Shown: positions 9,911 to 20,199 of the stretch, piece by piece
Layout: every line of letters begins with the position of its first letter
How positions within the stretch are numbered: position 1 is the stretch's first letter
Assembly (NCBI GenBank): GCA_963665095.1
Contig: OY762069.1
Span: 6,144,001 to 6,208,000 of the forward strand
Direction: 5' to 3'
DNA: 64,000 nt
DNA from: an uncultured Desulfobacter sp.
GTDB taxonomy: Bacteria > Desulfobacterota > Desulfobacteria > Desulfobacterales > Desulfobacteraceae
Made by a program: the position numbers and the translations under genes
The notes under the pieces: model-generated
The model's database searches: none
What the model was told of the DNA's origin: nothing
The model's input: the letters and a program-made list of their open reading frames with translations, nothing else

Positions 9911-11752
9911 TCAGACCATCAATTCCACCTTAACAATAGTTCCGTTGCCGGATTCTACAACGCAGCTGCCGTTGAGTTTGCGCGCTCTTGCCTGCATATT
10001 GGCAAGGCCTTTGCCAGTGGGTTTTCCGTGCCTTGTGCCCACAGCCGCCCCGATTCCGTCATCCTGTATCTCCATGAGGATGTGATGACCTGTGATTCTG
10101 ATGGTGATAAAGACATTTTGAGCGTCTGCATGCTTAACAATATTGGTTAATGCTTCCTGGAAAATTCGCAATAGATTCAGATAAAGCACACTGCCGGGGT
10201 TTTGCTGTTTCGGATTAATATCTGTATTGAATGTCACGGATATGCCCAGCGGTTTCAGTTTTGTTTCCCCAAGGCGTATCATCTTGGCTGTCAGGCTGTC
10301 CCAGCTGATTTCATTCTCGTCAAGGCTCTGCATAAAGTGGCCGATTTCGGTCATGCAGTTGCCGGACATCTCCGAGATGGCAGACAGGGATTTTTTCATC
10401 TCCTGTTCTGACCCACTGTTCATTCCCATCTGGGAGATAAATTTTATATTGGTGACACTGCCGCCGATGCCGTCGTGCAGATCTTTGATCAATTCAAGTT
10501 TTTCACCGGACTTGATTTCCAGTTCACCGGCATATGTCTGGAGCTGTTCGTGAAGGCTGATGTTTCGCCTTCGCTGCACGACTTCAAGGCTTAGAATGAA
10601 GATGATGAGTGCCAGGGGTACAAAGGAATAGGCGTAGTTCAGTATGCCAAGGCCCACAAGAATACTGTGAATGCCGGTCACAATAACCGGCAGAAACCCC
10701 AGAAAATAAATGCCGGCAAGCCGGCTCTTCAACCTGACCATGTCACTGATGCAGACAGAAACCATTAAAATCAGTTCAAATGCGGTTAAAATGCGCAATA
10801 TTGTCAGCTCAATAACGCCTGCTTTCATGGGAAGAAATCCCTTAAGGACCATTAGTGTCGTGATCTGGCAGACAAAGGAGTACCCAAGATGGAACTGCCA
10901 GATGCGATGGTAAAAATTGCCGTATACCGGCCTGAAAACCTGCCATAAAAATCCGATCAGTCCCACTGGGATGAGACTCAATCCGGCGATATATATGAGA
11001 AACCAGAAGGCGGGTGCAAAGAAAATGAAATCTTTGAGGGTGGTGGTGGTGATGGTGTAAAACCCCAGGCTGATGGCAAAAATACTGGTCATGGAAACCG
11101 AGCCGATGGTTAATATACTGTTTTTATAAATGACAAGATCCAGAATCCCGATGGAAATAATAAACAGCGCGACGACAAAATATAATATATCGTCTTTCAT
11201 GACTTTTTGAACCAGATCTGATTTGGACCCTAAAAAGATCTTCCCCCTGACACCGATATTTGAATAATCTGAAAATATCCTGAAACAGAGCATTTGACCC
11301 GCATACGCATCTTCAAGCCGTATAAAATGGGCGGATAGGCCTGTGACACCGCCTTTGCCGGAGGCATCCAACCTGCCAAACTGGTAGATTTTTTTATCAT
11401 TGATGAACATGTCAAATGCCAGCAGTATGCCTCTGCCGTCAATGAGAATGGCGGGTGCCTTCAGTTTTATATCCGGCATCCTTGTCCTCAGCCACAGGAC
11501 GTTTCTGTTGTTGCGACCGGGCGGATTGATGGCCGACGGACTTCGTTCCCAGCCCGATGCGCTGATGGTGTGGCTTTCAGAATCCTCCCATTGGTATTCA
11601 AAATTTCCGGCGATTTCAAAAACAGGGCCGTGTTCGATGATTGTTTTTCTGCTTTTGGAGAAATCCTGTTGCAATAATCCTGCAACAGGAGAAAAAAGAA
11701 CCGCTGCCAGCACAACCAAGGTCAAAGAAAAGTAGACAAAAGAGGATCTCAT
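9911..11752 (-). CDS. Multi-TM sensor histidine kinase, HisKA_3 (NarX/DesK) type
   Basis: Extracellular domain, about 7 TMs, DLHDGIGG H-box, QEALTNIVKHA, DDGIG, GLANM. Confidence 0.9.
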   Translation of the reverse strand: MRSSFVYFSLTLVVLAAVLFSPVAGLLQQDFSKSRKTIIEHGPVFEIAGNFEYQWEDSESHTISASGWERSPSAINPPGRNNRNVLWLRTRMPDIKLKAPAILIDGRGILLAFDMFINDKKIYQFGRLDASGKGGVTGLSAHFIRLEDAYAGQMLCFRIFSDYSNIGVRGKIFLGSKSDLVQKVMKDDILYFVVALFIISIGILDLVIYKNSILTIGSVSMTSIFAISLGFYTITTTTLKDFIFFAPAFWFLIYIAGLSLIPVGLIGFLWQVFRPVYGNFYHRIWQFHLGYSFVCQITTLMVLKGFLPMKAGVIELTILRILTAFELILMVSVCISDMVRLKSRLAGIYFLGFLPVIVTGIHSILVGLGILNYAYSFVPLALIIFILSLEVVQRRRNISLHEQLQTYAGELEIKSGEKLELIKDLHDGIGGSVTNIKFISQMGMNSGSEQEMKKSLSAISEMSGNCMTEIGHFMQSLDENEISWDSLTAKMIRLGETKLKPLGISVTFNTDINPKQQNPGSVLYLNLLRIFQEALTNIVKHADAQNVFITIRITGHHILMEIQDDGIGAAVGTRHGKPTGKGLANMQARARKLNGSCVVESGNGTIVKVELMV

Positions 11753-11914
11753 GCGTTTTTCCTGTGTAAAAAACCGGGCAATCCAGTTCAGTTCTTTTGC
11801 TAAAAAATGTATTTCAGGCCAGATGAATTTGATATATACAATACTTTACACCTGTGATGAATTAAAATTTTGAACTGCCAGGCGGCCTGAGATCAATGAC
11901 GAACTGGGCATGTT

Positions 11915-12574
11915 ATGACAATTAGAATTCTGCTGGCGGATGACCACCAGCTGATCCGGGACGGCTTGTGTTCCCTGATCGCCAATGAAAAGGACATGGA
12001 AGTTGTGGCCACGGCGGGCAATGGCCGCCAGGCGGCCACGCTTGCTGACCGGTACGATCCCGATATTGTTGTCATGGATATCAATATGCCGGATCTCAAC
12101 GGCATTGATGCCACAAGAATTATTCTTGAAGAGAACTGTCATGTAAAGATCATTGCCCTTTCAATCCACGCCACGTCAAAATTTGTCAGAGAGATGCTCA
12201 AGGCCGGCGTTTCAGGTTATCTGGTGAAACACTGCGCCTTTGACGAACTTGCCAGTGCCATCCGTCTGGTAATCCAAGGGAAAAAATACCTGAGCCCTGA
12301 GATAACCGGCGTGGTCCTTGACGAGTATACGGCCACTGCCGGCACACTGCCGGATGCACAGACAATTTTTTCACACTTGAGCCTCAGAGAGAGACAGATT
12401 CTCCAGCTTGTTGCCGAAGGAATGACATCGGAACAGATTGCGCGGCGTCTGTTTATCAGCGTTAAGACCGTATCTTCCCACCGGCGCAAGATCATGGAAA
12501 AACTCAATCTTAATAATGTGGCCGAGCTGACCCGGTATGCCATTAACGAAGGTATCATCTCCCGGGAATATTAA
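11915..12574 (+). CDS. NarL/LuxR-family response regulator
   Basis: LLADDH, MDINMP receiver; LSLRERQILQLVAEG...ISVKTVSSHR HTH; divergent from the HisKA_3 kinase. Confidence 0.93.
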   Translation: MTIRILLADDHQLIRDGLCSLIANEKDMEVVATAGNGRQAATLADRYDPDIVVMDINMPDLNGIDATRIILEENCHVKIIALSIHATSKFVREMLKAGVSGYLVKHCAFDELASAIRLVIQGKKYLSPEITGVVLDEYTATAGTLPDAQTIFSHLSLRERQILQLVAEGMTSEQIARRLFISVKTVSSHRRKIMEKLNLNNVAELTRYAINEGIISREY

Positions 12575-12794
12575 TATCCCCTGTCAGACTCAGCATACTG
12601 GTCGTTGACAAATCCGGCCGGCTCCGGGTTAAAAGGAAATGAGATAATTTGCTTGCTGAATTTAAGAATTATCTGATATTCCCTTCATGGAATGCCAATA
12701 AGATCTGTGGTTTCCCGGGGTTGACTGACAGCTTCGTCGCCGGCTGGTTAAATTTGCGAATAACGAGCCAGGGACGCTTAGGCAAAAATGATAT

Positions 12795-14003
12795 GTGGCA
12801 AAAGCCGGCTGCGTACAAATAAAAAGCACCGTTATGAAATTAAAATCTGGATTTAACCGGTTTCCCTGCCGTTATGCCATTTTTTTTATTCTGATCGCTG
12901 TTTCAATTGCCGTGGTAAAGATCGTCGGTCCTGCTGAAAAATTCCGGGGTCTGGTTCCTGAAAAAAAGAAAAAATGGAAGATCGCCTATTACGAAGGCGG
13001 TCCCTTTACTGACTATGCCCATTGCATGGGGGCCATTGTTCAGGGCCTGATGGCCTATGGATGGATTGAAAAAGCGTCTCTGCCCGAGCTTAAGGAAGAG
13101 ATGGGAACCCCTTACTGGGACTGGCTGGCTTCAGAAGCAAAAAGCAGATACCTTTCATTTTCCAGGCAGGATGCCTACAGTGCCGGCTGGCTGGAAGATC
13201 ACAGGGATGCATTTAAAAAGAACGTATTAGACCGGCTGAACCGGGGAGATATTGACCTGGTCATTGCCATGGGAACCTGGGCCGGGCAGGACCTGGCAAA
13301 TACCCGGCATCATGTACCTACTGTTGTGGTCTCCACCGTTGATCCCATTGCTTCCAATATCATTAAAAGTGTGGAAGATTCAGGCTTTGACCATGTCACG
13401 GCCCGGGTGGATACCAGCCGCTACATCAGACAGATCCGCATGTTTCATCGCATTGTGGGGTTCAAAAGACTGGGCGTGGTGTATGAGGATACCCCTGACG
13501 GGCGCCTGTACGGTGCAGTGAATGATTTAACAAAAGTGGCTGTTGAACGTGGTTTTGATATTATTCCATGCACCTATGATGATGCTCAGAAAGACAGGGC
13601 AGCTGCCCGTAAGGCATGTATGCACTGTATTGAACAGGTAACGGGCCGGGCAGATGCCTTTTATCTGAACGCCATGCTTGCCATTCACGAAAATATCAAT
13701 GAGGTGGCCGGTATATTAAAAGAAAAAGGCATCCCCTCATTTTCCATGAACGGGTCAGCCCAGGTGGAGAAGGGAATTTTATTAAGTGTGTCTACGGATG
13801 AAGGCCACCGCTCCCAAGGGTTGTATGATGCCAGAAAGATGATTGACATTCTGATGGGTACAAGGCCCCGTGATCTTGATCAGGAAAATCCGGACCCCCT
13901 TGATCTGGCCATTAATATGGATACTGCCAGGACCATTGGATTCAATGTACCGGCAGGTATTTTAAGGACAGCAAAGAAAATTTATGGGAACACTGCCCGA
14001 TAA
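12795..14003 (+). CDS. ABC-type substrate-binding protein (probably sensory, no permease nearby)
   Basis: N-terminal TM, AMGTWAG, LAINMDTARTIG C-terminal motif; true start may be ATG 12834. Confidence 0.8.
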   Translation: MAKAGCVQIKSTVMKLKSGFNRFPCRYAIFFILIAVSIAVVKIVGPAEKFRGLVPEKKKKWKIAYYEGGPFTDYAHCMGAIVQGLMAYGWIEKASLPELKEEMGTPYWDWLASEAKSRYLSFSRQDAYSAGWLEDHRDAFKKNVLDRLNRGDIDLVIAMGTWAGQDLANTRHHVPTVVVSTVDPIASNIIKSVEDSGFDHVTARVDTSRYIRQIRMFHRIVGFKRLGVVYEDTPDGRLYGAVNDLTKVAVERGFDIIPCTYDDAQKDRAAARKACMHCIEQVTGRADAFYLNAMLAIHENINEVAGILKEKGIPSFSMNGSAQVEKGILLSVSTDEGHRSQGLYDARKMIDILMGTRPRDLDQENPDPLDLAINMDTARTIGFNVPAGILRTAKKIYGNTAR

Positions 14004-15777
14004 ATTCTCCCGGTTAAAATACTATTCCCTGCTGTTGCTTTTCTGCATGGCATACTGGGTGGGTGACAGTATATGGTCCTATCTCTCGTTTGAGCGCAAC
14101 CTGCATACGCTTATGTATATTGAGCCGGCCTCTTTGCTGGATACCCTTTTTCTGCGGGTATCTCCCTATCAGATGGTATCCAGGATCATTGTGGTGACGT
14201 TGTTTGCTTTGGCAGGCACGATTCTGTTTGAAATTCTGACCGTTAAAAACCGTGTTGAAAAGGCGTTTCGTGATTCCGAAGAAAAGTACCGGGTGGTGGT
14301 GAACAATGCCAGTGAGGCCATCTATGTGGTTCAGAACCGTCGGGTGAAATTCGTCAACCCCAAGGCCTGCGAACTGATGGGGATGGTGACGGAAGAGTTA
14401 ATTGACCAGCATATTGAACAGTTTATTCACCCTGACGACCAGGCAGACATGCGCCATTTCATTGCCCAGCAGTTCCGGCCTGACGGGCCTCGGAAATGCG
14501 CCTTTCGCATGACTGTGAAAAACCGGCAAATCATCTGGGTCCGTCTTAACACTACACCAATCACATGGAAGGGAGAACCGGCATTTTTAAATTTTCTTAA
14601 TGATATCAGTGAAGAAAAAGCATTGTCCGACCAGCTCCAGCGATCTGAGAAAATGGAAACTTTGGGGCTGCTGGCAGGCGGCGTGGCCCACGATCTGAAT
14701 AATATCCTCTCCGGCCTGGTCAGTTATCCCGATATCCTGCTGGTGGACCTTCCTGAAAACAGCCCCTTGCGAGATTCCATTCTGGAGATTCAGAAATCGG
14801 GCCAGAAAGCCTCTCTCATCGTCCAGGATCTTTTGACGCTGTCCCGAAGAAATGTTCCCGGTATGAAGGTGATTCGGATGAACAGTCTGATCCGGGAATA
14901 TTTTGTCTCTCCGGAATTTGCAGGCCTTTCAGTGCTTAACCCCGGGGTGTCGTTCAAGACGGATCTTGATCCCGATCTTATGAATATCCAGGGCTCCTGG
15001 GTTCACCTGTCCAAGGTGTTGATGAATCTGGTCACGAACGCTGCCGAGGCCTGCCTGTCAGGCGGAACGGTCATTATCTCCACCTGTAATCAATATTTGA
15101 GCCGGACCCTGGAAGGTTATGAAAAGATCAAATCGGGCCACTATGTCGTCCTGACAGTGACTGACTCAGGTGAAGGCATGGGGTCGGAGGATATCCAGCA
15201 TGTTTTTGAGCCGTTCTATTCCAAAAAAGTTCTGGGACACAGTGGTACGGGTCTGGGGATGGCAGTGGTCTGGGGCTCGGTAAAAGATCACAAAGGGTAT
15301 ATTGATATACACAGCCGGCCCGGCAGGGGGACACAGGTCTCCATCTTTTTTCCGGTCACCTGGAAAGAGCCTGTGCAGATTACCGAACAGTCCGTTCCGG
15401 AACTCAGAGGTAACGGCCAGAAGATTCTTGTTGTTGATGATGTTGAGGCGCAGCGCATGATTGCCTCTGAAGTTCTGTCCAGGCTGGGGTACCAGCCCCA
15501 TGTGGTGGCCAGCGGGGAAGAGGCGGTAGCTTACATGAGAATCCATACAGCCGATCTTGTGATCCTTGATATGATCATGGATAAAGGAATGGACGGACTT
15601 GAGACCTATAAGGCGATTATAGCAATACATCCCGGCCAGAAGACTATCATTATTAGTGGATTTTCAGAAACAGACAGGGTGAGAGAGATGCAGCGCCTGG
15701 GCGCCGGGCAGTATCTTAAAAAGCCATACACCATGGTGAATATCGGAAAAGTGATTAAATCCACTTTAGCGCAGTGA
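13984..15777 (+). CDS. Hybrid PAS histidine kinase/response regulator
   Basis: 2 TMs, PAS, AHDLNNIL, NLVTNAAEA, GTGLGM, C-terminal receiver ILVVDD...LDMIM...KP. Confidence 0.92.
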   Translation: MGTLPDKFSRLKYYSLLLLFCMAYWVGDSIWSYLSFERNLHTLMYIEPASLLDTLFLRVSPYQMVSRIIVVTLFALAGTILFEILTVKNRVEKAFRDSEEKYRVVVNNASEAIYVVQNRRVKFVNPKACELMGMVTEELIDQHIEQFIHPDDQADMRHFIAQQFRPDGPRKCAFRMTVKNRQIIWVRLNTTPITWKGEPAFLNFLNDISEEKALSDQLQRSEKMETLGLLAGGVAHDLNNILSGLVSYPDILLVDLPENSPLRDSILEIQKSGQKASLIVQDLLTLSRRNVPGMKVIRMNSLIREYFVSPEFAGLSVLNPGVSFKTDLDPDLMNIQGSWVHLSKVLMNLVTNAAEACLSGGTVIISTCNQYLSRTLEGYEKIKSGHYVVLTVTDSGEGMGSEDIQHVFEPFYSKKVLGHSGTGLGMAVVWGSVKDHKGYIDIHSRPGRGTQVSIFFPVTWKEPVQITEQSVPELRGNGQKILVVDDVEAQRMIASEVLSRLGYQPHVVASGEEAVAYMRIHTADLVILDMIMDKGMDGLETYKAIIAIHPGQKTIIISGFSETDRVREMQRLGAGQYLKKPYTMVNIGKVIKSTLAQ

Positions 15778-15810
15778 ACCGGCGAGAAAGGACCCGGCCG
15801 GCAGAAAACG

Positions 15811-15847
15811 GGCAGCCCGTCCCCTTTTCCCCCTGGGACGGGCTGCC
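15811..15847. terminator. GC-rich hairpin between convergent genes
   Basis: 13-bp perfect stem GGCAGCCCGTCCC / GGGACGGGCTGCC. Confidence 0.6.
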
Positions 15848-15891
15848 TGTGTCTGATATGCTAAAAATATTTATGTTAAACCGGGCAGGGA

Positions 15892-17073
15892 TCAGCCGGC
15901 CTGATTTTCAAGCACTTCACGGGTTTCTGCAGCAATCTGCCGCTCTTCGTCTGTGGGCACCACCCAGATCTGCACCCGGCTGTCCGGGTGATGAATGGCC
16001 CGGGCATCTTTGGAACGGATCTGATTCTTTTCCGCATCCAGCACAATTCCCAGTCCTTCCATATTTTCAACGGCCTTGGCGCGGACTGCCCCATCGTTTT
16101 CCCCCACGCCGGCAGTGAACACCAGCGCGTCAATCCGGCCCAGTACCGCAGTATAGGCACCAATATACTTTTTAATCTGGTAGGCAAACATGTCAACGGC
16201 CAGGGCAGCCCTGTCGTCTCCCGCTTCCGCCCTGGCATGGATATCCCGAAGATCATTATACCCGCAGATCCCTTTCAGCCCGCTCTGTTTGTTGAGCACC
16301 TGGTCCATCTCCGTGGGGCTGAGGTTGATGTTTTCCATCAGGTATCCGGAAACTGCAGGGTCGAGATCTCCGCACCGGGTGCCCATCATAACGCCTGCCA
16401 AAGGCGTCATACCCATGGAGGTATCTTTGCATTCGCCTTTTTCAACCGCACTGATGGAACAGCCATTGCCCAGATGCAGGGTAATCAGGTTGGTCTCATT
16501 GGGCTGTTTTCCCATGAGCCGGGCTGCCTCCTGTGCCACATATTTATGGGAGGTGCCATGGAACCCGTAGCGTCTTATTTTATGGTCTGTGTAATAGCTG
16601 TAGGGCAGGGCATAAAGAAACGCCCTGGGGGGCATGGTCTGGTGGAAATTGGTATCAAACACCGCTACCTGGGGTTTGCCGGCAAATAACTCCTCTGCCA
16701 CCTCAATGCCTGTCAGGTTGGGTGGATTATGCAGCGGGGCCAGAGGGTTATTGTCCTGGATGGCCTTTTTTACAGCGTCTGTAATTAAGGTGGCCTGCTT
16801 GAACGCCTCCCCACCCTGCACCACACGGTGGCCCACAGCGTCCACAGGCTGGGTCAGCCGGTCCGTGACCAGCATCAGCGCAGCCCTGTGGTCGGGGATG
16901 GGCTGGGATACCTCTTCCCGGGTTTCTGTTGCGCCAAACTCCGTATGGGTCAGAACGCCGGTCTCTTCACCAATTCGTTCCACAACGCCTCCGGCAAGCG
17001 CGTTGCCGGCCTTGGTGTCAAACAATTTGTATTTCAGGGAGGATGACCCTGTATTGATAACCAGAATATTCAT
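15892..17073 (-). CDS. ackA: Acetate kinase
   Basis: ILVINTGSSSLKY, GHRVVQGG, APLHNP, RRYGFHGTSH, HLGNG, FTAGVGEN, PTDEE. Confidence 0.96.
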   Translation of the reverse strand: MNILVINTGSSSLKYKLFDTKAGNALAGGVVERIGEETGVLTHTEFGATETREEVSQPIPDHRAALMLVTDRLTQPVDAVGHRVVQGGEAFKQATLITDAVKKAIQDNNPLAPLHNPPNLTGIEVAEELFAGKPQVAVFDTNFHQTMPPRAFLYALPYSYYTDHKIRRYGFHGTSHKYVAQEAARLMGKQPNETNLITLHLGNGCSISAVEKGECKDTSMGMTPLAGVMMGTRCGDLDPAVSGYLMENINLSPTEMDQVLNKQSGLKGICGYNDLRDIHARAEAGDDRAALAVDMFAYQIKKYIGAYTAVLGRIDALVFTAGVGENDGAVRAKAVENMEGLGIVLDAEKNQIRSKDARAIHHPDSRVQIWVVPTDEERQIAAETREVLENQAG

Positions 17074-17261
17074 GTGTCTGCCTTTTCTGCTAGGATTAAA
17101 ATAAAAGCAACAGCGGCCGTCCGGCTATCCTGTATCTCCTGTTGCAACCCGGTTCTGGATATAATGACCGGATCAGATTATTGCAGATACCCGGACACCG
17201 GCAGCTATTTACTTCCATCTATTTTAACAGGTGCGTGACAATTTGTGAAATGTCTGATGTG

Positions 17262-17498
17262 TTAGCCTGAAAAGGATGGATCCGGTTGTACATCAAGTCG
17301 GATACCGTGAATTTCAATGGTATCACCCGGGCGGATCTGCTTTCTTTTCCTTGTTTCAACCCGGCCGTTGACACGAACCAGGCCGTCGGCAATCAGGTAC
17401 TTGGCCTCGCCGCCGGAGGCTGCCAGGTTTTCAAATTTTAGAATTTTGTACAGTTCAACCGGAGAACGTGTCAGGTAAACAACTCTTGTTTTTGGCAT
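17262..17498 (-). CDS. S4-domain RNA-binding protein (YbcJ/YaaA-like)
   Basis: ELYKILK...SGGEAK...VRVNGRVETRKRKQI. Confidence 0.9.
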   Translation of the reverse strand: MPKTRVVYLTRSPVELYKILKFENLAASGGEAKYLIADGLVRVNGRVETRKRKQIRPGDTIEIHGIRLDVQPDPSFSG

Positions 17499-17501
17499 AA
17501 T

Positions 17502-19928
17502 TTACTCCTGTCCGGCAGCCAGGCGGATGGCATCTGCCCGCAGCCGGCCCTGAATATAAAGGGAGAGGGCCGCAACGGCCTGGTCGCACACCTTGAAAAC
17601 AGGAATGCCGGTAACTGTCAGGGCATCCCGCAGCGGATCGTAAAGCCTGCCGCCGTCCACCACCGCCACCACCGGGGTGGGGGACGCGGCCGTCAGTGCC
17701 GAAAGCCGGTGAAGAATGGACCCGGCCTGGTGCATGGAAAACCGGTCATCCTTTGCCGTGTCCAGGGTCTGCATGGCCGGGGACATGGGGTCCACACTGA
17801 TGATGACTGTATCCACCCCGGGGTCCCGGCACAGAATTCCGGCAATGTCACCATGGACCTGGTCGTTGGCGGCCGGGTTGATATCCAGGGGATTGGCCAG
17901 GGTCACCAGATGGTCCAGACCTTTGGCCGCCAAAAGGGTCTGGATGGCACGGTTGCTTTCCGGGCTGAACTGTGCAAACTCCATGGTAAAATCATCGCTG
18001 TGGATTGAATCCGCCATGCCCACGGCTTCAAACCCGGCACCACTCATGGCCGCCAGCCGGTTGCCACGGATGGTTTTGGTGTTCAGTGTTTCAGCCAGGA
18101 GCATGAGCTCCTGAAATTCGCTGAAGGTTCTGGCCACAATGGCCCCGGCCTGGGAGACGCAGCTTTCACATACCATGTAGTCCCCGGCCAGGGATGCGGT
18201 GTGGCTGGATGTGGCAGCCCTGCCTTCCGGGGTTCTCCCTGCCTTGTAAAACACCACTTCCTTTCCGGCCAGGACCGCGTCGCGCACGGCACGGCAGAAG
18301 AACAGGCCGTCCATGTCGTTAAATCCTTCGGCATAGACGGCAATTACATCCACCTGGTCAGAATTTTTAAAATAGGCCACCATGTCTCCCAGCGTGAGAT
18401 CGGTCTGGTTCCCCATGGAGATCATATAGGCCGGAGAGAGCTGGGGGCACTGGTGGCTCCGGTGCAGCATAAAGGCGCCGCTCTGACTGATGAGCGCGGC
18501 CCGACAGGATTTAAGCCCGCAGGTGGCCTCTTTAGGCAGTTTTTCTTCCGGGATAAACCAGGTGTCATACTGTCCCGGACAGGAGATTACCCCCATGCAG
18601 TTGGCCCCGAGGAATACCGGGCTGCCGTCGCTCTTTTTCCGGAGACGCGCAGCATGGATGGCATCCATGACCCGTCCGGCCCTGTTACGGCTTTCATGGG
18701 TCTCACCCAGGCCGCCGGCAATGAGCATCACGGCCTGGGCCGCATCTTTTTCAATAATCTCTTCCACCAGCTCCGGCACCTGGTCTGCGCCCAGAGCCAC
18801 AATGAACAAGTCCAGCTTGTCTGTGCCGCTTGATTTCAGCGCGTCCAGGCCCGGCAGGCAGGTAATGCCCTGGAACGTATCCCTGTCCTTTTTGAAAATT
18901 ACAATATTTTCAGGGGCAAATCCCATGGCCTTTACATTGTCCAGGATAATCCGTCCGAAATTTTTCCGGGTGGCGGAGATGCCGATAATACCTATCCTGC
19001 CCGGGTGGAGCAGGTTGTCGATTTTAGTCACCGGCCGCGGCAGGGGCATGGGTGCCTGCTTTGAAAACCGGCACATGCCGTCCAGGGGCACCATGAGATA
19101 ATCGGTAAAGGCAAAGGGGTTGATTTCAAGTTCGTCTATGACAAAGGGGGCATCCGGATTCAGCCGGTTGTATCTGTTTCCCATGCGGATAAAGGATTCA
19201 AAGCACTCCACCAGCTGCTCGTCCGTGACAATGCGCCGCTGGCCCCGGGTGAGCCCTGCCAGTTTCCGGTAGGAGATGGTCTGACGGTAGAGCTGGAAAA
19301 ACCGTTCTCCGGTGCACATGGCTGTGGAGGCCGCCACAATGGCCTGTCCCTTCCTGAACCGCCGGGCATACAGTTCCGTGTCAGTTCCCCCAAGGCCTGC
19401 AGAGAGGATGGTGCCAAATTCCCGGGTGTGGCGCAGGCCTACAATCAGTTCGTTGCCAAAAGCACCTGAATCCGGGGGCATGAACTGCACCTGGAGTACC
19501 CCTTTGATATCCCGGGCAATGGCTGCCGTCAGAGCCTCGCCGGTCAGCCCCCGGTAATGGACAGGCATCCCCTCTTGGGCAAGGGCCAGGCCTTTTGCAT
19601 AATTTTCCGGCACTTCGTAAAACATTCGGCGAACGGCGGATCGGATTTTATTGGGCTCTTTGTCAACCACCCTGACCCCGCCTGCTTCAGTTTTATGGAT
19701 GATATAGGGTGATACAATTTTTAAAACAGTTTTCTCACCGGGCATGGAGACAAGTTCATCATCCGAACACCGGTCTCCGCGTTCAATAAGCCGGATCTTT
19801 GGCGGGGTTTCTGAGCCGGACCGGGCCAAAAGTTCATACACCTCATATTCAAAAAGGAAGTCGCGGCCCTGGTCCCGGGCTTTTGAGAAAATAAGGTCTA
19901 TGGATGTGAAATCAATTTCCAGCTGCAT
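17502..19928 (-). CDS. ADP-forming acetate/acyl-CoA ligase, ATP-grasp (beta) domain N-terminal to the CoA-binding (alpha) domain
   Basis: VLKIVSP..IHKTEAGGV, ELEINP, GANCMG, SQSGA, SMGNQTD, SSHTASLAG (phospho-His), NPLD. Confidence 0.9.
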   Translation of the reverse strand: MQLEIDFTSIDLIFSKARDQGRDFLFEYEVYELLARSGSETPPKIRLIERGDRCSDDELVSMPGEKTVLKIVSPYIIHKTEAGGVRVVDKEPNKIRSAVRRMFYEVPENYAKGLALAQEGMPVHYRGLTGEALTAAIARDIKGVLQVQFMPPDSGAFGNELIVGLRHTREFGTILSAGLGGTDTELYARRFRKGQAIVAASTAMCTGERFFQLYRQTISYRKLAGLTRGQRRIVTDEQLVECFESFIRMGNRYNRLNPDAPFVIDELEINPFAFTDYLMVPLDGMCRFSKQAPMPLPRPVTKIDNLLHPGRIGIIGISATRKNFGRIILDNVKAMGFAPENIVIFKKDRDTFQGITCLPGLDALKSSGTDKLDLFIVALGADQVPELVEEIIEKDAAQAVMLIAGGLGETHESRNRAGRVMDAIHAARLRKKSDGSPVFLGANCMGVISCPGQYDTWFIPEEKLPKEATCGLKSCRAALISQSGAFMLHRSHQCPQLSPAYMISMGNQTDLTLGDMVAYFKNSDQVDVIAVYAEGFNDMDGLFFCRAVRDAVLAGKEVVFYKAGRTPEGRAATSSHTASLAGDYMVCESCVSQAGAIVARTFSEFQELMLLAETLNTKTIRGNRLAAMSGAGFEAVGMADSIHSDDFTMEFAQFSPESNRAIQTLLAAKGLDHLVTLANPLDINPAANDQVHGDIAGILCRDPGVDTVIISVDPMSPAMQTLDTAKDDRFSMHQAGSILHRLSALTAASPTPVVAVVDGGRLYDPLRDALTVTGIPVFKVCDQAVAALSLYIQGRLRADAIRLAAGQE

Positions 19929-20123
19929 GGATGGTTCTGTCTTTCTATGGGTTGTCTGTTTGTATTATTGTCCTGATTTCAGTTCTGGGTCCGGGAGTGT
20001 GTTAAAAAGAGTTCTGTTTCCTGATGTTTACCAGCCCTGGAATGTCAGATCAAGCAGATACTTGGTATGGTGCCTGATCTGCCTTTGGAATTTAGCAGTA
20101 TCCTATTATATTTTTAAACCAAG

Positions 20124-20151
20124 TTGACACGTTAGACGCATCCCATATACT
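20124..20151 (+). promoter_or_regulatory. Candidate sigma70 promoter for the channel/ligase operon
   Basis: TTGACA-16 nt-TATACT upstream of 20200. Confidence 0.5.
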
Positions 20152-20199
20152 CTTGGATAAGAGTGTCTTTTTTTATTAAAAATTTAAGGAATCTCATAT

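Noticed and set aside
12575..12794. GGGACGC-containing intergenic region as a c-di-GMP riboswitch
   Set aside because: Lacks the GCAAAC/GAAA tetraloop arrangement and second stem
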